A stretch of 64,000 nt of DNA from Pseudomonadota bacterium. GTDB lineage: Bacteria > Campylobacterota > Campylobacteria > Campylobacterales > Sulfurimonadaceae. The stretch lies in contig JAZDQA010000008.1 in NCBI GenBank assembly GCA_043797085.1, positions 32,001-96,000 of the forward strand, written 5' to 3'. A program made the position numbers and the translations under genes. Of the stretch, positions 10,691-21,567 are shown piece by piece. Position 1 is the first letter of the stretch, and every line of letters starts with the position of its first letter. The notes under the pieces were generated by a model. The model made no database searches. It saw nothing but the letters and a program-made list of their open reading frames with translations, and had not been told where the DNA came from.

Positions 10691-12332
10691 TCGTAATCAG
10701 CTTATTTTATTAGCCTCAGGCGGAATTATCCTTCTCTTATTGCTTTATGCTCTTTTGCGAGACAGCAGTGAAGTAATTTCTCTCGATGAAGCAACCCGTA
10801 TTGTTGAAGCCAACCTCGTCGAAAAAGCGGTAATGGATGGCGGATATCTCTATCTCTCAACTTCAAATGAAGGTGTTGTTAAAATTTCATCATCACAGCT
10901 TCCGAGTGAATTAACATCTCATTTAAAAATTGAAGCTAAAAAATCAAACGGATGGCTTTGGTTTATATTGGTCGTTTCGATTATTTCAGGGGCTATCGGA
11001 TGGGTTTATAATACGAGACGTATTGATGGTGGCGTACATGAAGAGAATAATCAACAGACGCCTGTAAAATCTTTAGATACCGAAACTTCCACTCAATCTT
11101 CTCCCGTTCCCGTTAAATCAAATGTACGCTTTAGCGATATTGGCGGTATCGGTGATGTGAAAGAAGAACTCGAAGAGATTATCGATTTTTTACGCAATCC
11201 TAAACGCTATTACAGTTTTGGAGCACGAATGCCTAGAGGAGTATTGTTAGTAGGACCTCCGGGTGTAGGAAAAACGATGATTGCCAAAGCAGTAGCAGCA
11301 GAAGCAGACGTTCCGTTTTTCTACCAAAGCGGTGCCTCGTTTGTTCAGATTTATGTAGGGATGGGGGCTAAACGCGTACATGAGCTTTTTGCAGCAGCGA
11401 AAAAAAATGCTCCTTCGATTATCTTTATTGACGAGATTGACGCTGTAGGTAAAAAACGTGGAGGCGAACGCAATGATGAGCGAGAAGGGACTCTCAATCA
11501 GCTCTTAACCGAGATGGATGGATTTGAGGATACGAGCGGTATTATCGTGATTGCAGCAACCAATAATATTGAGATTATGGACAGTGCACTACTGCGTTCA
11601 GGACGCTTTGATCGTCGAATTTTTGTTGAACTTCCCACTGCAAGTGAGCGCTCTTCCATTTTAGAAAAATATTTACAGCATATTCCTCATGATCTTAGCG
11701 TTGACGATATCGCAAAAATGACCGTAGGATTTAACGGTGCATCGTTGGCGGCATTAGTCAATGAAGCGGCACTTCTATGTTTACGCGGCAGAGAGTTTCA
11801 AGTCAAAATGGATCATTTTTTAGCCGTAAAAGATAAAGTAATGCTGGGTAAAAAACGGCTTACGATGTTGAGTGAAAAGCAGCGTCACTATCAAGCACGC
11901 TATCAGGCAGGTAAAGTATTCGCAGCTACATGGTTTGATTTGGCGTATGAAAAAATTACTCTCAGTAATGACACCATAACCCCTCCCGTTTCAGAACCGC
12001 TTTTAAAACATGAAATAGAAGCGCATGTACGAATTCATCTTGCCGGAATTGTTGCGTGCGAACTTCGTTTTGGGGAACACGCTTCTTCATCTTCCCATGA
12101 TTTATCGGTTGCACGTTCATTGGTAGATTCGATGGTGGATGAGTATGGCATGGGTACTTCACTTATACCATCTGTAAACGACAGGTTTGAATTAATCAAT
12201 CGTTTATACGAAGAAACACGTATCTTGCTTGATCATCATGAAAAAAATATTGATAAGATTGAAGCGATTTTGAGTGAATATGAGCATATTTCAAAAGCAC
12301 TGGCAAAAGAGACTATTCGTGATATTTTATAG
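10665..12332 (+). CDS. FtsH-like membrane AAA ATPase (protease motif degenerate)
   Basis: Two TM segments, [37 protein letters not shown] absent. Confidence 0.88.
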   Translation: MNITKLNFNRNQLILLASGGIILLLLLYALLRDSSEVISLDEATRIVEANLVEKAVMDGGYLYLSTSNEGVVKISSSQLPSELTSHLKIEAKKSNGWLWFILVVSIISGAIGWVYNTRRIDGGVHEENNQQTPVKSLDTETSTQSSPVPVKSNVRFSDIGGIGDVKEELEEIIDFLRNPKRYYSFGARMPRGVLLVGPPGVGKTMIAKAVAAEADVPFFYQSGASFVQIYVGMGAKRVHELFAAAKKNAPSIIFIDEIDAVGKKRGGERNDEREGTLNQLLTEMDGFEDTSGIIVIAATNNIEIMDSALLRSGRFDRRIFVELPTASERSSILEKYLQHIPHDLSVDDIAKMTVGFNGASLAALVNEAALLCLRGREFQVKMDHFLAVKDKVMLGKKRLTMLSEKQRHYQARYQAGKVFAATWFDLAYEKITLSNDTITPPVSEPLLKHEIEAHVRIHLAGIVACELRFGEHASSSSHDLSVARSLVDSMVDEYGMGTSLIPSVNDRFELINRLYEETRILLDHHEKNIDKIEAILSEYEHISKALAKETIRDIL

Positions 12333-12843
12333 TGGATTTTTTCTAAAAAATGAGAATGTATTTTTTCAAAAATATTTAGAAGAGAGTGCTTATACCGTTG
12401 CAGGATTTAGCTATGGTGCGATTAAAGCTGCTCTTCATGCATCTGAATCAACGATGCGTATTGATACATTGCAACTTTTTTCACCTGCTTTTTTTCAAAC
12501 GAAAAAGGAGTCGTTTAAACGGCTTCAACTCGGTGCATTTACGAAAGACATGGAGCTTTATAGAGATAATTTTTTCATCAGTTGTTTTACACCAAGATAC
12601 GTTGAATACGTTGAATTAGACGATAAAGCAGATGAAAACCAACTTCGTGAATTACTTTATTTTGAGTGGACTCAAGAGCTGATGGATTCTATCGTCTCCA
12701 AAGGAATACGGGTTGAAGTCTATCTGGGACTCGAAGATCGCGTGATCGATCCTGTAGGGGCAAGAGAATTTTTTATCCAATATGCCACCGTGACATCCAT
12801 ACAAACAGGCAACCATTTTTTACAGGAGAAAAACAATGATTAA
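12319..12843 (+). CDS. bioV: Pimeloyl-ACP methyl ester esterase BioV-like
   Basis: [15 protein letters not shown] nucleophile motif, LQLFSPAFF, GNHFL; GTG start inferred. Confidence 0.8.
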   Translation: MIFYSGFFLKNENVFFQKYLEESAYTVAGFSYGAIKAALHASESTMRIDTLQLFSPAFFQTKKESFKRLQLGAFTKDMELYRDNFFISCFTPRYVEYVELDDKADENQLRELLYFEWTQELMDSIVSKGIRVEVYLGLEDRVIDPVGAREFFIQYATVTSIQTGNHFLQEKNND

Positions 12844-13354
12844 AATCGGCGTAATTACAGCATCAGACCGTGCGAGTGCGGGAATTTATGAGGATATATC
12901 AGGAGTGGCTATCCAAGATACTATGAAAGATTATTTAAAATCGGAACATGAAATTGTTTATCGTTGTATACCTGATGTCCAAGCAACGATCGAAGCAACG
13001 ATGATAGAGTTGTGTGACACAGGGTGCTGTTTGGTGGTGACTACAGGTGGAACAGGTCCCGCGTTACGTGATGTCACGCCGGAGGCAACGGAAAATGTTT
13101 GTGAGAAGATGATGCCGGGATTTGGCGAACTGATGCGTCAGGTGAGTCTTAAATACGTTCCTACTGCGATTTTGTCTCGTCAAACGGCAGGAATTCGCGG
13201 TTCTAGCCTCATAATCAATCTTCCGGGGAAACCAAAATCAATACGTGAGTGTCTGGATGCGGTGTTCCCAGCTGTTCCTTATTGCATCGATTTGATTGGG
13301 GGAGATTATTTGGAGTGCAATGAAGAGGTTATTAAGGCATTTAGACCGAAGTAA
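12836..13354 (+). CDS. mog: Molybdopterin adenylyltransferase
   Basis: SDRAS, TTGGTGPALRDVTPEAT, NLPGKPKSIRECL. Confidence 0.95.
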   Translation: MIKIGVITASDRASAGIYEDISGVAIQDTMKDYLKSEHEIVYRCIPDVQATIEATMIELCDTGCCLVVTTGGTGPALRDVTPEATENVCEKMMPGFGELMRQVSLKYVPTAILSRQTAGIRGSSLIINLPGKPKSIRECLDAVFPAVPYCIDLIGGDYLECNEEVIKAFRPK

Positions 13355-13431
13355 CTCGATGAGTTTTAAAACTCTTTCAACACTTCTTGGCTATAATTCG
13401 CCCAATAAATCATACTTTATAGGATACCTTG

Positions 13432-13941
13432 ATGCAAAAAATTGAAGGGAAAGTTTGGAATTTCGGTAAAGATATCGATACCGACCTTATTATCGCTGCT
13501 CGTTACCTCAATACCTCTAATCCGCAAGAGCTTGCAAAGCACGTTATGGAAGATGCTGATCCGACATTTGTGACCAAAATGACTCCCGGTGATATTATCG
13601 TTGCGGATGAAAATTTTGGATGCGGTTCATCTCGTGAGCATGCTCCAATTGCTCTAAAAGCTGCTGGAGTAGCAGCGATTATTGCTCCGACTTTTGCCCG
13701 TATTTTTTACCGTAACGCGTTTAATATGGGATTGCCTATTTTTGAACTTCCTGAAAGTTTGGAAATCAAAGAAGGCGAATCGGTCAGCATTGATATGGAT
13801 GCGGGAACGATTACCAATATGACAAATGGAAAAGTGTATAACTTTATCCCTATCCCGCCTTTTATGCAAGAACTTATCAGCGCAGGCGGATTGATGAATT
13901 TCGCGTCAGCAGAAATAGCAGCGCAAGGAGAAAAAAAATAA
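13432..13941 (+). CDS. leuD: 3-isopropylmalate dehydratase small subunit
   Basis: [30 protein letters not shown]. Confidence 0.95.
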   Translation: MQKIEGKVWNFGKDIDTDLIIAARYLNTSNPQELAKHVMEDADPTFVTKMTPGDIIVADENFGCGSSREHAPIALKAAGVAAIIAPTFARIFYRNAFNMGLPIFELPESLEIKEGESVSIDMDAGTITNMTNGKVYNFIPIPPFMQELISAGGLMNFASAEIAAQGEKK

Positions 13942-15017
13942 TGAAAAAATACAATATTGCCCTTATCAAAGGGGACGGAATCGGTCCTGAGATTATCGAT
14001 GAAGCGACCAAAGTTCTCGATGCAGTAGCCGCATCTGAAGACATTGAATTTAATTACCAAGAAGTATTAATGGGAGGGTGTGCGTATGACGCTACCGGCG
14101 ATCCGCTTCCACAAGAGACGATTAATGTTTCATTGGCAAGTGATGCAGTCCTTTTTGGTGCTATCGGCGGTGAAAAATGGGATACTCTTCCGAGAGAAAA
14201 ACGCCCTGAGAGTGGATTGCTCCGTTTTCGCAAAGAGTTAGGTGTTTTTGCCAATCTTCGTCCTGCTAATGTGTACGATGAACTGGTCAATGCAAGTTCC
14301 CTCAAGCCTGAGATCGTTAAAGGTGTTGATTTGATGGTGGTGCGTGAGCTTATCGGCGGAATTTATTTTGGTGAGCCAAAAGGGCGCGACGAGAATAAAG
14401 GTTGGAACACCATGGTGTACACCCGTGATGAAGTTATACGTATCGCTCATGTCGCCTTCAAAATCGCGATGGATCGTTCGAAAAAAGTATGTTCCGTCGA
14501 TAAAGCAAATGTATTGGATGTCAGTCAGTTGTGGCGTGAAGTGGTCATCGAAGTTTCTAAAGAGTATCCAGAAGTTGCGCTTTCACATATGTATGTTGAT
14601 AATGCTGCAATGCAGTTGATTCGTGATCCAAAACAGTTTGACGTTATTTTGACGGGAAATATTTTCGGAGATATTTTGAGCGATGAGGCGAGTATGCTCT
14701 CCGGTTCTATCGGTTTACTTCCATCGGCTTCGGTTGGTGCGGCTATTGGTGTATATGAACCGATTCACGGTTCTGCTCCGGATATTGCAGGGCAGGGAAT
14801 CGCCAATCCTATCGCAACCATCGCAAGTGCTGCCATGATGCTTCGTTACGCATTGGGTGAAAATGCAGCGGCTGATCGAATCGACTATGGTATCAAGCAA
14901 GCGTTAGCCCAAGGGTATAGAACCAAGGATATTGCGGCATTTGATGCTAAAGAGATTTGTTCCACCAGCGAAATGGGTTCCATTATCGCTAACTTAGCGG
15001 CGAAATGCAAACTCTAA
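13941..15017 (+). CDS. leuB: 3-isopropylmalate dehydrogenase
   Basis: [36 protein letters not shown]. Confidence 0.97.
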   Translation: MKKYNIALIKGDGIGPEIIDEATKVLDAVAASEDIEFNYQEVLMGGCAYDATGDPLPQETINVSLASDAVLFGAIGGEKWDTLPREKRPESGLLRFRKELGVFANLRPANVYDELVNASSLKPEIVKGVDLMVVRELIGGIYFGEPKGRDENKGWNTMVYTRDEVIRIAHVAFKIAMDRSKKVCSVDKANVLDVSQLWREVVIEVSKEYPEVALSHMYVDNAAMQLIRDPKQFDVILTGNIFGDILSDEASMLSGSIGLLPSASVGAAIGVYEPIHGSAPDIAGQGIANPIATIASAAMMLRYALGENAAADRIDYGIKQALAQGYRTKDIAAFDAKEICSTSEMGSIIANLAAKCKL

Positions 15018-15253
15018 CCCTCGCAAATATTTATGAACTTCAAGGTCTCAAAGAGGAGGCGCTTGAAATTTACAAAGAAATTTTAAAAAAAGATCCTTCC
15101 AACGGAGATGCTAAAATAGCAATTCGACGACTCTCCGGAATGCGTAAAAAGTTTTTAGGCGTTAACAATGAGATGAAAGCTTTTTTTGTCCAAATGGATG
15201 AGGAAGCCGAATTTATCCAATTTGAAAGGTGGCTATTACGAGCATGGAATTAA
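15005..15253 (+). CDS. Small conserved TPR-like hypothetical protein
   Basis: [34 protein letters not shown]-like helix pair; overlaps both neighbours. Confidence 0.75.
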   Translation: MQTLTLANIYELQGLKEEALEIYKEILKKDPSNGDAKIAIRRLSGMRKKFLGVNNEMKAFFVQMDEEAEFIQFERWLLRAWN

Positions 15254-15585
15254 AAGATGTTATTTTATCAACTCTTGCAGAAATTGAAGAGATTGGTGCT
15301 CTCAGAGAAATAGAAATACCAACAATCAAGAAAGAGTCTATTGAAGCAGTACGTTTAGTTGAAACTCAAGCTTCATATTCTCAAAATGTTAGTGAGAATA
15401 CTACTTCTCATGATGATGAGATGAGAATATTAGATGGTATTCGAGAGCGTCTTTTAGTTTTATTTGAAGGTTTTCAATCGCCCAATAATGTTCAAATTGA
15501 AGCAAAAGTAGATCTGACGTTGAATTTTTTAGAATATTTACTCGCTACCATCGACAATCGACTCGAAACAATTAAAGTGAAATAA
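15244..15585 (+). CDS. CiaD-like domain protein
   Basis: [14 protein letters not shown]...RERLLVLFEGFQS...KVDLTLNFLEYLLATID resembles the Campylobacter CiaD family. Confidence 0.7.
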   Translation: MELKDVILSTLAEIEEIGALREIEIPTIKKESIEAVRLVETQASYSQNVSENTTSHDDEMRILDGIRERLLVLFEGFQSPNNVQIEAKVDLTLNFLEYLLATIDNRLETIKVK

Positions 15586-15603
15586 CCAAAGGCTAAGACT
15601 TAC

Positions 15604-16443
15604 ATGACAGAACAATATCGAATTTTGATTCAATGCAACGATGAAAAAGGGTTGGTTTACAAAGTATCCAGTATTTTTTATCATCGAAATTTGAATATTT
15701 TATCCAATAACGAATTTGTAGATAAAACCCATAATAAGTTTTTTATGCGAAGTGTCGTGAGCGGTGAAGCGGATATGGAAGCGCTTAAGAATGAGCTTAT
15801 TGCCGTCCTACCTTCTGATGTACACTTGGATGTTATCGCTCCGCGTAAAAAACGAATCGTTCTCATGGCTACAAAAGAGTCTCACGCACTTGGAGATATT
15901 TTGATTCGTTATGAAGCGGGTGAATTGGATGCAGTTATTGTAGGGGTTGTTTCCAATTATGATACATTAGAGCCTTTAGTATCGAAGTTTGACATCCCTT
16001 TTTATGCCGTATCTCATGAGGGGTTGGACAGAGAGGCTCATGAGCAAAAAGTCTTGGAGTGTTTAAGCTCTTTGGGTGAGATTGATTATATGGTATTGGC
16101 AAAATACATGCGAATCCTGACACCCCAATTTGTGGATGCGTACGAAGATAAGATTATCAATATTCATCACTCATTTTTACCGGCATTTATCGGTGCAAAT
16201 CCTTATAAACAAGCGTATGAACGTGGCGTAAAAATCATTGGAGCAACAGCCCATTTTGTTAACAATAATCTCGATGAAGGACCGATTATCGCTCAGAACG
16301 TTATTCATATCGATCACGCCTACGGATGGGAAGATATGCAGCGTTCAGGGCGTGATGTTGAAAAAATCGTTCTTTCTCGTGCCTTGAAGCTTGCTCTTGA
16401 AGATCGTATTTTTGTCCACGCCAACCGAACGGTAATTTTTTAG
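15604..16443 (+). CDS. purU: Formyltetrahydrofolate deformylase
   Basis: N-terminal ACT domain, LAKYMRIL, INIHHSFLPAFIGA, GATAHFV, DEGPII. Confidence 0.96.
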   Translation: MTEQYRILIQCNDEKGLVYKVSSIFYHRNLNILSNNEFVDKTHNKFFMRSVVSGEADMEALKNELIAVLPSDVHLDVIAPRKKRIVLMATKESHALGDILIRYEAGELDAVIVGVVSNYDTLEPLVSKFDIPFYAVSHEGLDREAHEQKVLECLSSLGEIDYMVLAKYMRILTPQFVDAYEDKIINIHHSFLPAFIGANPYKQAYERGVKIIGATAHFVNNNLDEGPIIAQNVIHIDHAYGWEDMQRSGRDVEKIVLSRALKLALEDRIFVHANRTVIF

Positions 16444-16446
16444 GTT

Positions 16447-16917
16447 ATGTTTAATATTGTATTAGTAACCCCTCAAATTCCTAACAATACAGGAGCTATT
16501 GGCAGATTATGCGTCAATACAGGCTCAGCTCTTCATCTCATTAAGCCCTTAGGCTTTGATATTGACGAAAAAGCGGTTCGTCGAGCTGGTTTGGATTATT
16601 GGAACAAAATTGATTTACATGTTTGGGAAAGTATAGAGGAATTTTTTATCCATAATCCTCTGAGTGAGCGTTTCTTTTTTGCCACAACAAAAACTACACA
16701 ACCTTATTTTGACCACAAATTTCAATCAGGGGATTACCTTTTCTTTGGCAGCGAAACAGCAGGCATCCCAGCTGAAATATTAGCGTCTGCACCAAAACAA
16801 TGTATGACCATACCCATGACTAAAGAGGGGCGAAGTCTTAATCTTGCTATTAGTACAGGAATAATTTTGTATGAAGCAATCAAACAAAATTTTGTTGAAT
16901 ATCAAGAAGGTATGTAA
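16447..16917 (+). CDS. trmL: tRNA (cytidine34-2'-O)-methyltransferase
   Basis: PQIPNNTG, RRAGLDYW, FGSETAG, RSLNLA. Confidence 0.93.
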   Translation: MFNIVLVTPQIPNNTGAIGRLCVNTGSALHLIKPLGFDIDEKAVRRAGLDYWNKIDLHVWESIEEFFIHNPLSERFFFATTKTTQPYFDHKFQSGDYLFFGSETAGIPAEILASAPKQCMTIPMTKEGRSLNLAISTGIILYEAIKQNFVEYQEGM

Positions 16918-17045
16918 TGTGGTTTCAAATTCTTGATTCTTTTATTATCGTTTTATTCGTTCTTTTCATAATTTTTATTTTTAGAGGATACCATCTCTCT
17001 AAGCGTGAAGAAGAATATGATAATGATGAATCTAAAACGAATTAA
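16917..17045 (+). CDS. Small single-TM protein, 42 aa (not in ORF track)
   Basis: TAATG coupling to trmL; MWFQILDSFIIVLFVLFIIFIFRGYHLSKREEEYDNDESKTN. Confidence 0.55.
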   Translation: MWFQILDSFIIVLFVLFIIFIFRGYHLSKREEEYDNDESKTN

Positions 17046-17125
17046 AATAGTTGTGATGCCCATTTCTCCATTTTTGTTTCGAAACGATTCATAAATCCAC
17101 TTGCTTTAATAATAACCTTTGCCAT
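17042..17125 (-). CDS. Small 27-aa protein divergent from the S24 repressor (not in ORF track)
   Basis: SD GGCGGAG immediately upstream of ATG; MAKVIIKASGFMNRFETKMEKWASQLF; TAAAAT -10 candidate upstream. Confidence 0.55.
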   Translation of the reverse strand: MAKVIIKASGFMNRFETKMEKWASQLF

Positions 17126-17188
17126 TTTCTCCGCCTTTTAGTATTTTAAATTGTCAAATAGTAAGGTATTTGAAAAATAAAGATTAAA

Positions 17189-17231
17189 AATATTGCAATT
17201 TGACATATTTTTGTCAATAATATGGCATAAT
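17189..17231 (+). promoter_or_regulatory. Candidate operator/promoter of the S24 repressor
   Basis: Inverted repeat TTGACA-N6-TGTCAA (17200-17217) and extended -10 TGGCATAAT (17223-17231). Confidence 0.5.
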
Positions 17232-17266
17232 GTCTTTATTGAATGAATGAGAGGGAGTGTTTTATT

Positions 17267-17926
17267 ATGAAAAGTTTTTTTGATATAGTAGAAACCATTA
17301 AAGATGTTGTCTCAGGTGAATTTGCTGAGAAAAAAGTATTTGATAAAGATGTTGCAGAGTTATTGGATATTTCACAAATGAACTTTGCTACTATGAAAAA
17401 AAGAAATAAAATCCCCTTTAATGAATTACTTGATTTTTGTGCCAAGCGTTCTATTGCTATTAATTGGCTTTTGTACAATCAGTCACCTGAAAGTTTGATA
17501 GAGCCGACAAATCGTTTTTACATGGTTCGATATTTTTCATCGGTAAGTGCATCTGCTGGCGGTGGTGCTGAAAATGGTGATTTCGATTTTGAACCGCTGA
17601 TGCTTGAAGGAAATTTTGTAGCAACACTGGGTGGTGAGAAAGAGCTGCGGTTTATAGAGGCGATAAATGTTTCCGGTGATTCGATGGAACCCTCTTTTAG
17701 TTATAACGATATCGTCTTTATTAATCGATCAAAAACCGATGTTGGACGGGGTGGAATCTTTACGATTCGAACGGAACATGGACTCTTTATTAAGCGGGTA
17801 CAAGTGAGAATTGATGGGAAACTGGATATTATTTCGGACAATAAAGACTATCCAATTTCCATAGCACGGCGTGATGAAGTGGAGATTATTGGTCGTGTTG
17901 TCGGACGATTTGGTTGTATTGACTGA
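17267..17926 (+). CDS. CI/LexA-type repressor: N-terminal HTH plus S24 autopeptidase
   Basis: Phage-CI-like HTH, Ala-Gly cleavage site (SASAGGG), catalytic Ser (GDSMEP) and Lys (IKRV). Confidence 0.88.
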   Translation: MKSFFDIVETIKDVVSGEFAEKKVFDKDVAELLDISQMNFATMKKRNKIPFNELLDFCAKRSIAINWLLYNQSPESLIEPTNRFYMVRYFSSVSASAGGGAENGDFDFEPLMLEGNFVATLGGEKELRFIEAINVSGDSMEPSFSYNDIVFINRSKTDVGRGGIFTIRTEHGLFIKRVQVRIDGKLDIISDNKDYPISIARRDEVEIIGRVVGRFGCID

Positions 17927-17947
17927 CAAAATTCAAAGGTTTTTTGT

Positions 17948-19414
17948 ATGATTTTTTTTAGATATATCGCTTTCATTTTGATACTTATTTTAAGTGGTTG
18001 CAGTGCTAAGAGTGGCATTGCAGTGACTCAAGTCATAACTACGGCTCCCGTACCACCTCTTTGCGTAGAGGGAAATAGTACCGCTCTTTCAGATGATATA
18101 GCATTAGTGCAAGAGATTGAATCGGATCCCCAAGTAAATATGGCTAAAGTTAGTGATCTTGACCATTATCCTCAAATTATGGCTCCGTATGTCAATCTAA
18201 ATGCCAATAATCAAACCAATGTATATGAAATTCAAAAACATTTTGATGAAAATTACTATCGAACTTGGAGCTATCAAGCAGCACCTATTTGTGCCAAAGA
18301 AGCTGCATGGTATGTCAGTGCATTTAAATCGGGCTATGGAAGCAATTTAAAGCCATTGCCTGCATCATGGTTTAATGAGATGGAAACTCAAAGTAATTTT
18401 CAGGCATTTTCAAGCGTGAATCAATACGCTATCGCGACCAAATGGATGAATATGCGCGTATTCCCAACAGCAAATCCTCTGTATAAAAATCCTCAAAAAG
18501 CCGGAGATGGTTATCCCTTTGATTTGCTTCAAAATAGCAGTGTAGCGTTTAATGAACCTCTCTTTATTTCGCACGCTTCATTGGATGGCGCATGGGTCTA
18601 TATTTTTACCAACAGTGCTTCAGGATGGGTTGAAGCAAACGGTATTGCGGTATTGAACAGCGATCATATTGAAATCTTAAAAAGAAAAGAAAAACTTTTT
18701 ATTACTGACGATAAAATTCCTTTACGTGACAGCGATAAACGCTTTGTGGCGTATTCACGCATTGGTATGGTTCTTCCGCTTTTAGAAGAGACTAATGATA
18801 ATTATAAAGCTTTATATGTTGATAACAGCGGAAGATTAAAAGAACTTTTTGTTCCAAAAGAATCAGCCCATATTGGAAGCAGTTTAATAAATAAAGATGA
18901 ATTGATGAAGCTTGGTACTCATTTATTACGTAATACGTACGGGTGGGGCGGAATGTTTGAAGAGCGCGATTGTTCCTCAATGATTCGTGATTTTGTTACC
19001 CCTTTTGGAATTTGGTTACCGCGCAATTCTGCTCAGCAAGCGAAGAAAGGAGAAGTGATACCTTTTAATGATTTAAACAATTCTCAAAGAATTAGCTTGA
19101 TCAAAGAAAAGGGAATTCCCTTTGAGACGATTTTGTATAAAAAAGGGCATGTTCTTCTTTATCTTGGAACGTATGAAGACAGCGTTATGGTAATGCACAA
19201 TATTTGGGGTATTCGGACAAAGGACAAAGCAGGGCTAAAGGGGAGAGTGATTGTTGGTCGAGCTGTAATAAGCACCCTTGAACTTGGTGCCGATGTTGAA
19301 AATTTCGATTCTAGCAATATGCTTTTGAGTACATTAGTAAGTATGAATATTTTTACAAAATCTCCGCTTCCTATCGCACAAAAACGGGAGAAAGCAAAAC
19401 TCTCTAAGCTTTAA
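17948..19414 (+). CDS. SH3b + NlpC/P60 peptidoglycan endopeptidase lipoprotein
   Basis: Lipobox LSGC, YGWGG, RDCS, LPRNS, GHV.LY. Confidence 0.87.
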   Translation: MIFFRYIAFILILILSGCSAKSGIAVTQVITTAPVPPLCVEGNSTALSDDIALVQEIESDPQVNMAKVSDLDHYPQIMAPYVNLNANNQTNVYEIQKHFDENYYRTWSYQAAPICAKEAAWYVSAFKSGYGSNLKPLPASWFNEMETQSNFQAFSSVNQYAIATKWMNMRVFPTANPLYKNPQKAGDGYPFDLLQNSSVAFNEPLFISHASLDGAWVYIFTNSASGWVEANGIAVLNSDHIEILKRKEKLFITDDKIPLRDSDKRFVAYSRIGMVLPLLEETNDNYKALYVDNSGRLKELFVPKESAHIGSSLINKDELMKLGTHLLRNTYGWGGMFEERDCSSMIRDFVTPFGIWLPRNSAQQAKKGEVIPFNDLNNSQRISLIKEKGIPFETILYKKGHVLLYLGTYEDSVMVMHNIWGIRTKDKAGLKGRVIVGRAVISTLELGADVENFDSSNMLLSTLVSMNIFTKSPLPIAQKREKAKLSKL

Positions 19415-19709
19415 TATCGAGTAATGAACCTAGCATTTCATCTTGAGTGCGAATGGCATTCACATTCGCTTCTGTAATGTTTTCGATAGAGATTTGATCG
19501 GTAATCTCTTTGTTTAGATTGGTCTGTGATTTTTCCGATTTAGTGTCATCTGCTCTTGAGCTTATCGCTTGAGTAGAATTTCCTCCATTCTCTTTAACAA
19601 GGGTGTTTTTTGGAATAAATCCATCCGTATTAACATTGGCTACATTATTAGCACTATTATTCATATAAGTCTGATTCGATGTAAGAGAAGAAATATTTGA
19701 GCTTATCAT
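19404..19709 (-). CDS. Small flagellar basal-body rod/hook terminal-domain protein
   Basis: ANNVANVNTDGF N-terminal and NAIRTQDEMLGSLLDIKA C-terminal axial-protein signatures. Confidence 0.8.
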   Translation of the reverse strand: MISSNISSLTSNQTYMNNSANNVANVNTDGFIPKNTLVKENGGNSTQAISSRADDTKSEKSQTNLNKEITDQISIENITEANVNAIRTQDEMLGSLLDIKA

Positions 19710-19743
19710 TTAAAGCGCCTTCTTTTGGATATAAACAGTATAA

Positions 19744-19773
19744 AACCAGCCACCTTAAGAGATGGCAATGGTT
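19744..19773 (-). terminator. Probable intrinsic terminator after dapD
   Basis: Minus-strand hairpin AACCATTGCCATC-TCTTAA-GGTGGCTGGTT followed by TT. Confidence 0.5.
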
Positions 19774-19778
19774 GTCAA

Positions 19779-20975
19779 TTAGTGTAAATCGGCGTTGAGT
19801 TTTACTTCACGGGTTGAACGTCGAATGAGCAATTGCCCCGTCGTAGAGTCTTGACGATAGTGGATACCGTTAAGTGCAACTAAATCTTTCCCTTTGAAGC
19901 TGACTCCGCTCAATTGTGCATTTGGGTTTGCTTCTTGGATTTTAGAAAGCTCTTCGCCACTCACCGAAAATTTGGTTCCTGCTAGTACAGCGATCCCAGC
20001 ATCGACGATACAACCATCACCCAGTGCAATACCCGTTACCGAGTTAGCACCTAAAAGAGTGTTTTTACCGATAGTGACAGGGATACCGTCCGTTCCGCTA
20101 AGAACACCGAGGATCGAAGCTCCACCGCCCACGTCTGAGCCATCACCTACGATAGCAGAGCTTGAAATACGTCCTTCTACCATACTGACACCGGTTGTTC
20201 CTGCATTGAAGTTCACATAACTTGCACCCGGCATGATTGTTGTTCCTGCATGGAGCTGTGCTCCGAAACGTACTTTTGAATCATCCAATACGCGAGTATT
20301 GTTCGCAGGGATGATATGTTGGAGATAACGAGGGAATTTATCGACGAAATCGATTTTCGGATATTCGTTGGCAAATTTGAGTTCGATCTCGTTTTCACGG
20401 AGCCATTCGAGTTCGATCGGTTGACCGTCTGACCATGCCACATTGTGCAATGCACCAAAGGCACCATTGAGATTGAGGGAACGCAAAGGAGCTTTTGATG
20501 ATGAAAGAGCGTAGAGTTTGAGATAAGTTCCCTCAACACTGACGCAGGCAACATCGTTGAAAAGTATAACGAGACGAAACTCGCCATCACGCATACCGCG
20601 CTCTTTGATTTGATTGTAAAGTGCGGAAATGATTTGAATATTTTTATGTGCATCACCATACGCTTCATCAGAGTATGGGGTAAATGCATTCAAGCATCCT
20701 TCTAAAAACTTGACCGTGACGGGGATAATTACTTCATCCGCGTTAAAATCGATCTCAAAGCCTTGCTCTTGAGCACTTTTGATAAAAATTGCCGCACTGC
20801 CGAAGTTTTCATTCCAATTGATATGTGGGTAAGTAGCTTGGAGAATTTTATCACTGTTAAGCTGACCGAAATCGACACGGCAAATACCGAATGCTAGAGG
20901 ATTTTTATACCCTTGTGAGTTTTGGATTTCATTGACGCACTCTTTGAAAGCACTTTCTGTTTCTATTATATTCAT
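19779..20975 (-). CDS. dapD: Tetrahydrodipicolinate N-succinyltransferase (Campylobacterota type)
   Basis: VDKFPRY, YVNFNAGT, EGRISSSA, GGGASILG hexapeptide repeats. Confidence 0.93.
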   Translation of the reverse strand: MNIIETESAFKECVNEIQNSQGYKNPLAFGICRVDFGQLNSDKILQATYPHINWNENFGSAAIFIKSAQEQGFEIDFNADEVIIPVTVKFLEGCLNAFTPYSDEAYGDAHKNIQIISALYNQIKERGMRDGEFRLVILFNDVACVSVEGTYLKLYALSSSKAPLRSLNLNGAFGALHNVAWSDGQPIELEWLRENEIELKFANEYPKIDFVDKFPRYLQHIIPANNTRVLDDSKVRFGAQLHAGTTIMPGASYVNFNAGTTGVSMVEGRISSSAIVGDGSDVGGGASILGVLSGTDGIPVTIGKNTLLGANSVTGIALGDGCIVDAGIAVLAGTKFSVSGEELSKIQEANPNAQLSGVSFKGKDLVALNGIHYRQDSTTGQLLIRRSTREVKLNADLH

Positions 20976-21081
20976 TAAAGCTCTCTTGTTTAAAATTTAA
21001 TTCCGAATTTTAGCATAACTCTCTACGGCTGTGTTGAAGATCGCATGTTATACTACGTATAAATTATTTTATGGAATTATT

Positions 21082-21567
21082 ATGGAACAGTGGATTGAAC
21101 TTTTAAAAGCGAACAATTATTTAGGGATCAAAAAGTATCTTAAAAATGGTGCTTCACCAAATGAGAGTGAAGAAAATGGAGAATCGGTCATTTGTTTCGC
21201 GCTTCGTTATCATTGTGATTTGGAAATACTTGAATTGTTGATTGCAGAGGGTGCTGATTTGTATGAGACGGATAATGAAGGGGTGAGTGTCTTTGATGTT
21301 GCCGTGACGTATAATAATCTTTTTTTGATTGAGAAGCTGATTAAAGATGGTTTTGATGTCAACAAATCGACACGCCGCAGTGGATTCACCCCTTTGATGG
21401 GAGCTGTATGTTATGGACGAGTTGAAGTGATTCAAAAATTGTTGGAGATGGGAGTGGACGTCAAAGCACGGGACGGACATGGATTAACTGCTATTGACTT
21501 TGCCCGTAAAATGCATAAAAAAGCAATTTTAGCCTTACTTCAAGGAGAAAAAGATGGAACAGTTTAA
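21082..21567 (+). CDS. Ankyrin repeat protein
   Basis: [35 protein letters not shown]. Confidence 0.88.
   Translation: MEQWIELLKANNYLGIKKYLKNGASPNESEENGESVICFALRYHCDLEILELLIAEGADLYETDNEGVSVFDVAVTYNNLFLIEKLIKDGFDVNKSTRRSGFTPLMGAVCYGRVEVIQKLLEMGVDVKARDGHGLTAIDFARKMHKKAILALLQGEKDGTV

Noticed and set aside
13361..13374. Palindrome GAGTTTTAAAACTC between mog and leuD
   Set aside because: Single AT-rich instance with no leader peptide or second copy to support a regulatory role
17267..17926. Prophage around the CI-like repressor
   Set aside because: Flanked by trmL and an NlpC/P60 lipoprotein; no integrase, att repeat or structural genes seen
19894..20689. Antisense and alternate-frame ORFs over dapD, and the many similar 60-150 aa ORFs in the track
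   Set aside because: Shadows of well-supported genes, with no recognisable motifs
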